IMG/VR virus record: IMGVR_UViG_3300010052_000216
Span: 1 to 64,000 of that record
Reading direction: 5' to 3' (one strand)
Origin: a virus
Taxonomy: Duplodnaviria; Caudoviricetes
DNA length: 64,000 bases
Shown here: piece by piece, positions 19,201-28,477 of the stretch
How positions within the stretch are numbered: the first letter of the stretch is position 1
Layout: every line of letters starts with the position of its first letter
Made by a program: the position numbers and the translations under genes
The notes under the pieces: model-generated
Told to the model about the DNA's origin: nothing
What the model saw: the letters and a program-made list of their open reading frames with translations, nothing else
The model's database searches: none

Positions 19201-20853
19201 ATGATCCGTTTCGTGGGACTTATTTTGATCGTTGGACTAATTGATACTTTGTCTGCGACCGAAGAACCGAAAGCCCCAAATCCTGACAAAGCGGCAATCG
19301 TAAAACTGTTGCTGCGAGCGGCAGATGCCTACCAGCAGGACCAAGTTGAAGCAAATACTCCCGAACGATCATTGAGTTACATCTGGGCGAAAGAAAGAAT
19401 CTCCAATCACCCGCTGATTTATGTCGCCACGGGGCTCGTGGCAAATGATGCTGATCAAGAGGCTCTCACGGTAGCCAAGCAAATCAAAGATGTAGGCCTG
19501 CAGGCCTACTGCCTGATTCAGATAGCCGATGACCAAGTGGAAAACAAACGCTTGGAAACGGCCGATCAGACCATCAAACGGGTTGTGCAATATGTCCGCG
19601 AGCAAGTACAGAATGCCGAGCTGCAGAAAGCCCTGCAACCGTCGCTGAATACCGTCTTGTTAAAACGCTATGCCTCTGTTGAAGAGGCAAAAAAGCAAGC
19701 TCAGATCTTAGGGATCGATTGGCAAGCGGAAGACGCGACTGATCAAACATTCACCGTAGCCCAGTTTTTGTTCGAACTGGGAAAACTCGCGGAGGCAAGG
19801 AACTTACTTCTCGCCTTACCGGCCGATACTTTTGCTAAACGCCAGGGCCAGAGAGCCTTGGCGCGCAACGATGGAGCTGGCTTCTATGCCTGGATCGGCC
19901 GCTCCGTTGAGGCCCCCGATTCATATTCGGCCGATCATGTGCTTTTGGAATGGCTCAGTGAAGATGGCGATTCTAAACAACTTCAGGAATTTCTGAATTT
20001 GATCAAGCCCCAACAGACGCTCCGCTACCAAATTCTCTGTTTGCTTGCGGCGCAGTATCAGGAAGCGAAGGACGATCAGCAACTGCAGGCGACCCTCGCG
20101 CAAATGAAAACGTTTGAGGATCAGCTCATCGAAAAACTGCCGGCGGAGGAGCGAAGTAAGATCGAATTTGCCCAACAGCTGGCGCGTTGTGATTTTGGTG
20201 CCGATCCGACGATTTTTTTCAAGGATGGCAAGCTCCTGGAAAAGTACCGCGATCTGCCGGTATCCGTCATGCTTATCCCCATCCTCTGCAAAAAGAATCT
20301 GCCGGAACTTGCAGAAGAGATTGCGAAAGACAAAGAGCTTAACGAGCAGTTGCACGCTCAATTAGCCATCGCTTGGTACGACGTGAAACAACCCCAACGA
20401 GCGGAACCCCATCTCAAACAACTTAAGTCGCCCTTGGCGCGGCCACGATTCACGGTCGTCTCGTCCATGGTTCACTATAAACAGGGTGAAAAAAAGTTAG
20501 CCCAAGAAACATTGCTCGAAGGGATCAAGCAAGTCGAGGCAGTTCGTTCCACCAACAACTGGTTCCCGCCACCGGAAGAGGTTAAGCACGAAGACAAATG
20601 GCATGCCATGACCTTTGCCTATCGGTTAGCGGTTCAGCAAGAGAGCATCGATCCATTATTAAGTGCCCCCAGCCAATATGTTTCGGTCAAAATAGTAGCC
20701 CATGAATTGGGTTTACGGAATGATCAGAAGAGCTTTGAAAAGCTGCTGGCCGGTTTAGCCGAGCGAAAAGATGGCAGCCGCACTTACGCGCTGATTGGTT
20801 TCAGCCAAGGGGTAGCGCATTATCAAAAAGAGCAGCATAAGTCCGATCCATAG
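19201..20853 (+). CDS. Exported alpha-helical repeat-like hypothetical protein
   Basis: 550 aa; hydrophobic N-terminus; Leu/Ala/Gln/Glu-rich. Confidence 0.65.
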   Translation: MIRFVGLILIVGLIDTLSATEEPKAPNPDKAAIVKLLLRAADAYQQDQVEANTPERSLSYIWAKERISNHPLIYVATGLVANDADQEALTVAKQIKDVGLQAYCLIQIADDQVENKRLETADQTIKRVVQYVREQVQNAELQKALQPSLNTVLLKRYASVEEAKKQAQILGIDWQAEDATDQTFTVAQFLFELGKLAEARNLLLALPADTFAKRQGQRALARNDGAGFYAWIGRSVEAPDSYSADHVLLEWLSEDGDSKQLQEFLNLIKPQQTLRYQILCLLAAQYQEAKDDQQLQATLAQMKTFEDQLIEKLPAEERSKIEFAQQLARCDFGADPTIFFKDGKLLEKYRDLPVSVMLIPILCKKNLPELAEEIAKDKELNEQLHAQLAIAWYDVKQPQRAEPHLKQLKSPLARPRFTVVSSMVHYKQGEKKLAQETLLEGIKQVEAVRSTNNWFPPPEEVKHEDKWHAMTFAYRLAVQQESIDPLLSAPSQYVSVKIVAHELGLRNDQKSFEKLLAGLAERKDGSRTYALIGFSQGVAHYQKEQHKSDP

Positions 20854-21006
20854 TCTTACTACCGCTTATCTGGCGTTTTTGGCCTGCCAAATCGGTTGGC
20901 CTATACAGTGAACCCCAACCAATGATCGGCTGTCCCTCCTTCGATTGGGCCGAGGTATTCGATTCCTCAAGCTGACTCCATAAGAAGTATTTTAAAGGAT
21001 GATCAC

Positions 21007-22566
21007 ATGAGTAACGAAATTACTTCAGCAACACCGAATGCTACTGATGATGGCTATGAAGACTTCGAAGCATTGATTCGGGAGAGGATCAGCAAGCTTC
21101 AGACGCCGTTGTTTTACGTTGAAGTAGCGGACCTCTTTCAAGTTTATCTAGCTAACATCAGCGAGGATCAGCGGCAAGTTTACCAATGTGCTTGTTGCCG
21201 AAAGTTCATCGAGCGGTTTGGCATTATTGTCACGATCGACGAGAGCGGCAAGCAAACCTCGCCCCTTTGGCAGGAATCTGAAATCCCGGCGTTTTTCCAA
21301 GCCGCTATTAAGGCACTGCGCATAGCCGTCGAGGCAGCCGATGTCGTTGGCGTGTTTCTTTCTGGAGCACAAACTTGGGGAACGCCCAAGTCGATCAAGG
21401 GCTGGACGCATCTCAGTGGAGTCAATCCTCTCCCCTTTAGCAACTCGCGCATGATGACGGCGCGCCAGCAACAGGCGGAACTGAAGGAAGAATATGCACT
21501 GTTGGGAAGAGCGATCAGCCAGTACAGTCTGGTGACGGTCGAAAATGCGCTGCAAATCTTGAAGTCGGAACAATTTCCCGGTTACGAAAAAGGAGTCTCG
21601 ATTGCCGAGTGGTTCCACAAATTGCTGGCTCAACTCAAAGGCACCCGCAACGCACAAGCGAAGAAAAACCTTCATTGGCGGACAGCAGCGACGGCTCCAC
21701 CAGGCTGGTCACATCTTAGCAACGGCATGGTCGGGACATTGCTCGAAGATTTGCAAGCGGGCAAATCCTTCGAAGAATGTCAGCGCTCGTGGTCGACAAA
21801 AATGCATCCGCTGCAGTATCAACGCCCTTCGGCCCCCATCAGCGAAAATCAGATCGCCGTCGCCGAAAAGCTCGTCGAGAAGCTAGGAGTTGCCCCGGCG
21901 TTGAAACGAAGCTTTGCCACGTTGGATCAAGTCAAGAATATTCTTTGGCGGCCAACAATCGATGAGGAAAAGACGGCAGCGTCGGGCGTCTTTGGTCATT
22001 TGAAAGCAATCATTCCACAACAGAATGTTTCGATTCCCAACAGTAATATCACATGGGCAAAATTTAGTCGTGACATTTTGCCCGCGGCACGCACACTGGA
22101 GGTTAACTGTCCGGCGCATGGCTCCTACGTTGGTATCCTGACTGCCGAGGATTATGACGCGAAACCCATCATGCAATGGGATTCGCCACAGGACCGTAAT
22201 CCGACCAACCATTACTTTTATCACAACGGATCAGACGCCTCAGATTGGGGGATTGCTAGCGGCTGGAATCCCGTCGCTGCAGTCTTCACCGCACCGCACG
22301 GCAATGTCTTGGCGCATTTCGAGAAATTCATTGTGTTCAACGTGGAACGGATGCGCGATAGAACCATTAGTAGTGCTTGCCTCTTCCCAGAAGTCCTCAA
22401 AACAGAATTCCGGGAAATTCGAGCCGTCATCGAAAAGTATTCGAACAAGGCGAAACCATCGCGTGCTGATCTTGGAAATGCGAATGGTTTAGCATTTACC
22501 AAAAGCTCCCCTGTCAGTGTTCGCGTCAACGGCAATGCAACTTATACCATCGATCGTTTTGAGTAA
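21007..22566 (+). CDS. Hypothetical protein with a CxCC motif (phage-type uncharacterised family)
   Basis: 519 aa with RBS; YQCACCRKFIERFG; family resemblance is from memory only. Confidence 0.65.
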   Translation: MSNEITSATPNATDDGYEDFEALIRERISKLQTPLFYVEVADLFQVYLANISEDQRQVYQCACCRKFIERFGIIVTIDESGKQTSPLWQESEIPAFFQAAIKALRIAVEAADVVGVFLSGAQTWGTPKSIKGWTHLSGVNPLPFSNSRMMTARQQQAELKEEYALLGRAISQYSLVTVENALQILKSEQFPGYEKGVSIAEWFHKLLAQLKGTRNAQAKKNLHWRTAATAPPGWSHLSNGMVGTLLEDLQAGKSFEECQRSWSTKMHPLQYQRPSAPISENQIAVAEKLVEKLGVAPALKRSFATLDQVKNILWRPTIDEEKTAASGVFGHLKAIIPQQNVSIPNSNITWAKFSRDILPAARTLEVNCPAHGSYVGILTAEDYDAKPIMQWDSPQDRNPTNHYFYHNGSDASDWGIASGWNPVAAVFTAPHGNVLAHFEKFIVFNVERMRDRTISSACLFPEVLKTEFREIRAVIEKYSNKAKPSRADLGNANGLAFTKSSPVSVRVNGNATYTIDRFE

Positions 22567-22615
22567 TCACAGGGCAAGGGAATTAGGTGGTGATTAGGAC
22601 TGCAAATATCCTCGT

Positions 22616-24883
22616 TTAGCGTCGCTTCTTTTGCAACTCGGCAAAACTCACCCGCTCTCGCTTGATCGGAACGACTTTACCGCCTGAGCCTTCAAGCACG
22701 CTCCCTTGGATGGAGGCTGCAACGGCGCAGCCCACCAAGCAGTCGAACCAGTGGTTGTCACCCCGCTCGGGCCGCTGCTTCCATTCGTCCACTATCCGCC
22801 CACGTCCTTCAGTGCGCACCCGATATTCGGCTGTTAGATGTTCGGCCAACAATCGATGCTGATTCGGATTCTCGCCAAAGAGTGATAAACACCCTCGGTC
22901 GCCCATCGCGACGGCCAACCGCGCATGGACGAACGTCTTCCAGTAATTGGTATCAAAGACGGCATGCCGCACTGCCCGCTTGCCAGCGACATTGGGCATC
23001 CGCCAGTTGTGTCCTACCCGATCACCTGGTCGGCGTTTGTATTCGCTGAACGGCTGGCTTGAGGCCCCAACAAAACGCCCGTGACTAGGGAGAATGATTC
23101 CCGCATGTGCCGATTGCCGGCAGAACTGATAAACGACGTCCGTGCTGGAACCCCAGTTGGCATCGATCATGCAGCGCTCAATCCGCAACATCGCCCCATC
23201 ATCACGCCGCCACTCTCGGCCAAGATAAGACCGAGTAAGTGCTTCGAGTCCCGCGTAGATCGAGCCTTCCAGCCCCGTCGCTTTCGTTACCGTGGCGAGT
23301 GTTTGTCGAGCATCGCGCAGCGTGAAGTACGGTCGTTGCTGATCCGGGAAGGTGCCGTAATCGACGACGTACCCCGTAAAATCATCTTCCCACGCGGTCA
23401 CAACAAAGAACAACAACGCCTGCTGCACGTCAACGAACATCGTCAGGTGGTTGCAACCGATGGGCACGATCCCGCGGGCGATTCGATTGACCTTGGCCGC
23501 GATCTGGTCCGCCGTCAGTTCGTTATCACCCGGGGTTTCCTCAGGCAAGGGTTCGTTTTGGTAGTTGGCGAAGAACGCCGCTTCATCTTGCAGCCGCAAG
23601 TTCATCGCATGCTGAATCGCCGACAGTTCGTCATGGTTGAACCGCTCGGGCCAAGCAATCTGAGCCCCGGCGTCCATCGCTTCGCGGTTGGCGGCATAGA
23701 ACTCTGTCGCCAAATGATGATCGCCGTGTGCACGTAGACTTTCGGCACGCAGTTCCCCATACCGCTGCCACATCTTTTCGTCAGCGGGGAATAAATACAC
23801 GAGCTTTGTCCGCTGGCCATTCCATTCCGGATGCTTGTCACGGGAGAGAATGTTGTCGGCCATGTCGCTAGGCCGAATCACGGTGCACGGCATGATGCCC
23901 GAGATCTTTTTGCCCGGACCAGCGAGCCCGAGGATCGCCCCGGCCAGGATCCCTTCGCGAGTCGCGCATTGCGACAGCGAACGGGCCGATTCGTCGGTTT
24001 GCGGATCGTCGATCACGACGAGCGTGGGACGCACGGTCCGGCCATCGGACCGTTTATATTTCATGCCCCGGATGCGGCCCGTGATACCGGCTACTTTGAT
24101 AATCGTCCCACTTGCCTTACTGCCAGGCATCGTCGGTAACACGATCTCGCGCGCCGTCCAGCCGATGTGCGTCCGTTCTTCCTTGTAGAGTTGCCCGTTG
24201 CAGCGATTGGCGATCCCGTCCAGGGCCTGGATTGGATACACGACTTCGGGGTAGTCCGCTAGCAAGAGATCATTCCCATCGAGTTCCATCTTAATCGACT
24301 CGAGCATATCCATCGCGTGGCCTTCGTCCGAGCCGATCAAACAGACGAACTCCCGATGGCCATTCAATACGGCCCAGATGCAAGCACACTCGCAGATCGT
24401 CGTCTTGCCGCTGCCGCGTGGCATGGCCATCGCAAACAAACCGCCTTGCAGCACGGCCTGCTCGATCATTTCGATGACCCGGATGTGATCGGGCGACCAC
24501 GGCAGATGAAACGTCAGCGGAAAGTACGAATCGCAAAAGAACCGAAAATCCCTCGCTGCTCGCTCTTTGCGTTCGGGATTCACGACCTGTGGCAACTCAC
24601 CAATGTCGCGTCCTGCTAAGGCGATCGCCGCGTTGCGTGCACGAGCGCGGTCTTTCAGTTTTTCATATGGGTCGCCGGTCCCCGCGGGCTTGGGCATGTG
24701 ATGCTGCTCGACCAGCCATGCGGTGTAGCGGAGCAAATCGACGTGCCGGGCGTCGCCGATCCGCAAACCGGCGCGCGAGCGATGGCGATGCAATTGCCGT
24801 TCATTCAGAACTTCGCCGAGCGGTGTGGAGTTTAATAAACGGCACAGTTCGCTCGGACGAAGCTTGCGTGGATCATTGGGCAT
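22616..24883 (-). CDS. terL: Terminase large subunit (gpA-like) with an N-terminal small-subunit-like wHTH/coiled-coil extension
   Basis: Walker A AMPRGSGKTT, VVIDDPQ, nuclease VDVQ and NHWFDC; start taken at MPNDPRK. Confidence 0.88.
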   Translation of the reverse strand: MPNDPRKLRPSELCRLLNSTPLGEVLNERQLHRHRSRAGLRIGDARHVDLLRYTAWLVEQHHMPKPAGTGDPYEKLKDRARARNAAIALAGRDIGELPQVVNPERKERAARDFRFFCDSYFPLTFHLPWSPDHIRVIEMIEQAVLQGGLFAMAMPRGSGKTTICECACIWAVLNGHREFVCLIGSDEGHAMDMLESIKMELDGNDLLLADYPEVVYPIQALDGIANRCNGQLYKEERTHIGWTAREIVLPTMPGSKASGTIIKVAGITGRIRGMKYKRSDGRTVRPTLVVIDDPQTDESARSLSQCATREGILAGAILGLAGPGKKISGIMPCTVIRPSDMADNILSRDKHPEWNGQRTKLVYLFPADEKMWQRYGELRAESLRAHGDHHLATEFYAANREAMDAGAQIAWPERFNHDELSAIQHAMNLRLQDEAAFFANYQNEPLPEETPGDNELTADQIAAKVNRIARGIVPIGCNHLTMFVDVQQALLFFVVTAWEDDFTGYVVDYGTFPDQQRPYFTLRDARQTLATVTKATGLEGSIYAGLEALTRSYLGREWRRDDGAMLRIERCMIDANWGSSTDVVYQFCRQSAHAGIILPSHGRFVGASSQPFSEYKRRPGDRVGHNWRMPNVAGKRAVRHAVFDTNYWKTFVHARLAVAMGDRGCLSLFGENPNQHRLLAEHLTAEYRVRTEGRGRIVDEWKQRPERGDNHWFDCLVGCAVAASIQGSVLEGSGGKVVPIKRERVSFAELQKKRR

Positions 24884-25100
24884 AGGCTTCCTCCCCGCTG
24901 CGATGCAGTTCGCGCACCAACCACGCGGCATAGCGCACCAAATTCAACGTGCCATCGGCATTCGTCGGCGCGCCGGCGCTGATATCACGGCGCAGCAACT
25001 CTTCAGCAATTGGTCGGCCACTGACTTTTGTGAGCAGCCGCGCCGCATCCGTAATTGCCAATGCTGCGGGATTAATGGCCTTATTGGGTTCAGCCGCCAT
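24873..25100 (-). CDS. Small wHTH-like protein (terminase small subunit-like)
   Basis: 75 aa overlapping the terL start; shares L.RY.AWLV with the terL N-terminus. Confidence 0.55.
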   Translation of the reverse strand: MAAEPNKAINPAALAITDAARLLTKVSGRPIAEELLRRDISAGAPTNADGTLNLVRYAAWLVRELHRSGEEAYAQ

Positions 25101-25240
25101 GGTTTCGGTCGCCCTAAAAGTGGAAAGCTGCAGATTCTTTTGGAATTAATCAATTCAGCGCTTGATGTCGTTCAAAACGCATGGCTCATGTGTGTGTGTC
25201 AAAACGAATTACGTTTCCAACAACCCAAGGAGAACCAACG

Positions 25241-25564
25241 ATGACCAACCACGAAGATTTCGACCTCGGCCACGACATGCAAATCAATAAGCCCAAGCGC
25301 CGCAGTTCGGGTGGCGGGACTTGGGTGAGCGGAACCTTGCACGAACACCGCTTCGACGCCCTGGTATTCCCCGAACACGCCGAGGTCGCCGAATACGAAC
25401 TCGAAGACAGCCGAATTTCAAAGCTTTGGATTCAACGCAGCGCCGACAAGGTGACAACCTTCAATTGGGATCGCGGCTTAGACATCCCGGCTGCCGACGA
25501 ACTCACGCAAGCGATTGTGGACTTCCTGGCCGCCGGCCTCGCCGACCATGTGTACGCCGAATAG
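25241..25564 (+). CDS. Hypothetical protein
   Basis: 107 aa from MTNHED; AAGGAG RBS; SRISKLWI and NWDRG motifs. Confidence 0.65.
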   Translation: MTNHEDFDLGHDMQINKPKRRSSGGGTWVSGTLHEHRFDALVFPEHAEVAEYELEDSRISKLWIQRSADKVTTFNWDRGLDIPAADELTQAIVDFLAAGLADHVYAE

Positions 25565-25592
25565 CACCACCATTTTTTTAGGAGCACGAACC

Positions 25593-25841
25593 ATGACGAT
25601 TGACCAACTGATTGAACGCCTCGAGGAATACCGCGACACGCTCGGAGGTAACACCGAGGTCCGCTTGATGACTCAGCAGAATTGGCCGTTTGAAAATCAA
25701 ATCACGGGCCTAGCGTCCGGCGAAGAACTAAACCAACAAGACGTAGACGATGACGATGTCCCCGATGACCAGGTGGTCTACATCGTCGAAGGCCAACAAC
25801 TTCGCTACGGGTCCAAACGGGCTTGGGAGATCGCCTACTAA
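25593..25841 (+). CDS. Hypothetical acidic protein
   Basis: 82 aa from MTIDQLIERL; AGGAG RBS. Confidence 0.65.
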   Translation: MTIDQLIERLEEYRDTLGGNTEVRLMTQQNWPFENQITGLASGEELNQQDVDDDDVPDDQVVYIVEGQQLRYGSKRAWEIAY

Positions 25842-25932
25842 CGCCGAAACGCGCGATGAGCGCGTCGCGGCGGGTGGTTCCCGCCGCCTGATGATGGCAG
25901 CCTTTTCCATTCGCATTCCCGGGAGACGAATT

Positions 25933-26346
25933 ATGACCACGAAGAAAAAAGCAGCACCGAAGGCCATGACAGCCGGCAAAGCAGCGGCGAAGGGCAAAAA
26001 ACAAACGTCCAAGTTGCTGGCCGAGTCCCGCAAGGCGGTCGCGGCCGATATTGCCGAGTTGGAAAAACAAGAATCCAAACCGAAAACCAAACGCCAACCC
26101 AAGGAATCAAAGCCCAAGAAACTGAGCGCCCTCGATGCGGCGGTTCAAGTCTTGGCTGCTTCCAAAGAACCGTTGAACTGCCCGCAACTGATCGAGGCCA
26201 TGACGACCCAAGGCTTGTGGACCAGTCCCGGCGGCAAGACGCCGCACGCCACGCTCTTTAGCGCGATCATGCGGGAGATCAAGACCAAAGGCAAAGAAGC
26301 ACGCTTTACCAAAACCGAACGCGGGCATTTTGCCGCTGCCAAGTAG
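25933..26346 (+). CDS. HARE-HTH (HB1/ASXL-type winged helix) protein with a Lys-rich N-terminus
   Basis: LSALDAAVQVL...L.C.QLIE.M...LW..PGGKTPHATL.SAI.REI. Confidence 0.75.
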   Translation: MTTKKKAAPKAMTAGKAAAKGKKQTSKLLAESRKAVAADIAELEKQESKPKTKRQPKESKPKKLSALDAAVQVLAASKEPLNCPQLIEAMTTQGLWTSPGGKTPHATLFSAIMREIKTKGKEARFTKTERGHFAAAK

Positions 26347-26360
26347 GAGCATCAATCACC

Positions 26361-26540
26361 ATGAAAAATGAACTTCGTGTCGCGGACGCACTCCGCAAGG
26401 TAACCGCTGCCATGCATACTGAATTGGAAACCGGTCGGCGCTCGACTCGCATCGATGCGCACGACCTGCTCGATTTGCTGTTGGCGGTTGCCGACGAACT
26501 CGATCCGCCGCTGCCCAAGCCCAAACGCCGGCAGCGCTAG
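26361..26540 (+). CDS. 59-aa hypothetical protein (not in the ORF track)
   Basis: MKNELRVADAL...PKPKRRQR*; AGGAG RBS. Confidence 0.55.
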   Translation: MKNELRVADALRKVTAAMHTELETGRRSTRIDAHDLLDLLLAVADELDPPLPKPKRRQR

Positions 26541-26560
26541 CTGCCACGGACTTGGCACCC

Positions 26561-26593
26561 AACGCCCCACGTCCGCCACGTTGGGGCGTTTTG
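26561..26593 (+). terminator. Hairpin/intrinsic terminator candidate
   Basis: AACGCCCCACG...CGTTGGGGCGTT followed by TT, after the small-gene cluster. Confidence 0.5.
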
Positions 26594-26791
26594 TCGTTGG
26601 TCGCCACCAAGGCCAACCCAGGCGACGCCCCGCCACACCGGGCCACACGGGGTACGTGGCAAAAGCCTCGTGCCGCACTGGCGTTTCGCCGCGCACAAAT
26701 CAGGGAGTTCAATACGCGGGCTATTGATGTTTTTTGCCGTTGATGGCTCCTGTGGTGTTATCCAACCAACAATCTATTTCGGGGAACCCTA

Positions 26792-26998
26792 ATGACAACC
26801 TTCTACGTCGCCACGCTGGCCAGCTACGTTTTGGTGGAGGCCGCTGATGAAACGCAAGCTCGGGAATTGGGCCACGCGGCGCTGGTCCAATTGACGGGCA
26901 AAGCGACGCCCCGCATCCGTACCATCCGTCTCGCTACGAACGACGAGATCGAACTCAGCCGCTGGCATCAAGAAATGCTGGATCGCGAAACGCGGTAA
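26792..26998 (+). CDS. Hypothetical protein
   Basis: 68 aa followed by a terminator. Confidence 0.55.
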   Translation: MTTFYVATLASYVLVEAADETQARELGHAALVQLTGKATPRIRTIRLATNDEIELSRWHQEMLDRETR

Positions 26999-27023
26999 TC
27001 GACTATTCTTGATCGGCTCGATC

Positions 27024-28355
27024 CTATGCCCCGGCCAACGCCGGGGTTTTTTCGTTGGCAGGAACGCGGATGGCTTTCTTGCCGGTGAACTTCTCGTAGC
27101 GCTCGACGATCACATCGCAATACGGCGGATCGAGTTCCATCAGGAACGCCTTGCGCCCCGTCTGCTCGGCGGCGATCAATGTCGAACCACTCCCGCCGAA
27201 CAGATCGAGGACGTTCTCGCCCATGCGCGACGAGTACTGCATTGCTCGTACCGCCAACTCGACGGGCTTCTCGGTGAGATGCACCATCGATTGCGGATTG
27301 ACCTTCTTCACATGCCACAGATCGGTCGCGTTGTTCGGGCCAAAGTACTCGTGGCCCGCTCCCAAGCGCCAGCCGTAAAAGCAGATCTCGAACGCGCCCA
27401 TAAAATCCTTGCGCGTCAACACCGGATGCTGCTTGTCCCAGACGATCCCTTGGCTGAAATACAGCTCGTGTTTTTTAAGGTACGGTGGGTAGTTCCCCAG
27501 GTTGGCATAGCCGCCCCAGATGTAGAAACCACGGCCCGGTTCCAACACCCTTGCCATATTGCCGAACCAAGCATCAAGCAGTTCATCGAAAGCTTCGTCG
27601 GTAACAAAGTCGTTGGCCAGGGGACGATCCTTAGCACGCATCTTTTTGTGCGTCGCCTTGGCCTTCTCGGGATGCCGTTCCAGATCGAATTTTTGGTGAT
27701 GTTTGTTGGGATTAGTGAAGCTGCTGTTGCCGGCGGCGATGGCATTATTGCTGCGCGGCTCGACCTTCACGTTGTAAGGCGGATCGGTGTTGATCAAGTG
27801 AATCACCTCACCGTCGAGCAGCCGATCGAGGTCTTCAGGCTTCGACGAGTCGCCGCACAACAGTCGATGGTCGCCAAGAATCCATAAGTCACCGTGCTGG
27901 GTAATCGCTTGATCTGGTGGAGTTGGCACTTCGTCCGGATCGCAAAGCCCTTCCTTGCCGTCCGGATTTAGCAGCTTGGCCAGTTCGTCCTGATCGAAGC
28001 CAAGCAACCCCAGGTCGTAGTTCGCCGCTTGCAGTTCACCCAACTCGATCGGCAGCAAATCGTAATTCCATTCGGCCAGTGACGCCGTCTGGTTGTCAGC
28101 GATTCGGAACGCCTTGATTTGTTCAGGCGTGAGGTCCTTGGCGATGTGAACCGGGACTTTATCCAGGCCCAGCTTTTGAGCTGCCTTGAAGCGGGTGTGG
28201 CCACAGACGATCACGAAGTCCGGATCGACCACGATCGGCTGGCGGAATCCATACTCGTGAATCGAGGCCGCCACGGCCTCGACCGCGTCATCGTTGAGCC
28301 GCGGATTGTTGGGGTACGGCTTCAGATCAGCCAAAGGTCGGAGTTCAATTTTCAT
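27024..28355 (-). CDS. ParB-N-terminal domain + N6/N4 DNA methyltransferase
   Basis: LKPYPNNPR..SI.EYGFRQPI..GHTR ParB domain; TDPPY; H.TEKP; VLDLFGGSGST. Confidence 0.9.
   Translation of the reverse strand: MKIELRPLADLKPYPNNPRLNDDAVEAVAASIHEYGFRQPIVVDPDFVIVCGHTRFKAAQKLGLDKVPVHIAKDLTPEQIKAFRIADNQTASLAEWNYDLLPIELGELQAANYDLGLLGFDQDELAKLLNPDGKEGLCDPDEVPTPPDQAITQHGDLWILGDHRLLCGDSSKPEDLDRLLDGEVIHLINTDPPYNVKVEPRSNNAIAAGNSSFTNPNKHHQKFDLERHPEKAKATHKKMRAKDRPLANDFVTDEAFDELLDAWFGNMARVLEPGRGFYIWGGYANLGNYPPYLKKHELYFSQGIVWDKQHPVLTRKDFMGAFEICFYGWRLGAGHEYFGPNNATDLWHVKKVNPQSMVHLTEKPVELAVRAMQYSSRMGENVLDLFGGSGSTLIAAEQTGRKAFLMELDPPYCDVIVERYEKFTGKKAIRVPANEKTPALAGA
27029..27052 (+). terminator. Rho-independent terminator
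   Basis: CCCCGGC-caac-GCCGGGG-TTTTTT. Confidence 0.75.
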
Positions 28356-28477
28356 GTTTCACCTTATCAAAAGACAGGCTGTGAATTGTGATCTAATGCC
28401 AAGAATGTTAGGCTGCACATTCAATCGCAAAGTTCTGCGAATGCTTAGTACCAGCCTATTTCTGTAATGATTCGCCC

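Noticed and set aside
14981-22587. AATTAGG at 14981, 19167 and 22581, at cargo-block boundaries
   Set aside because: Only 7 bp, picked after the fact, and absent from the third intergenic gap; too weak to call a target duplication
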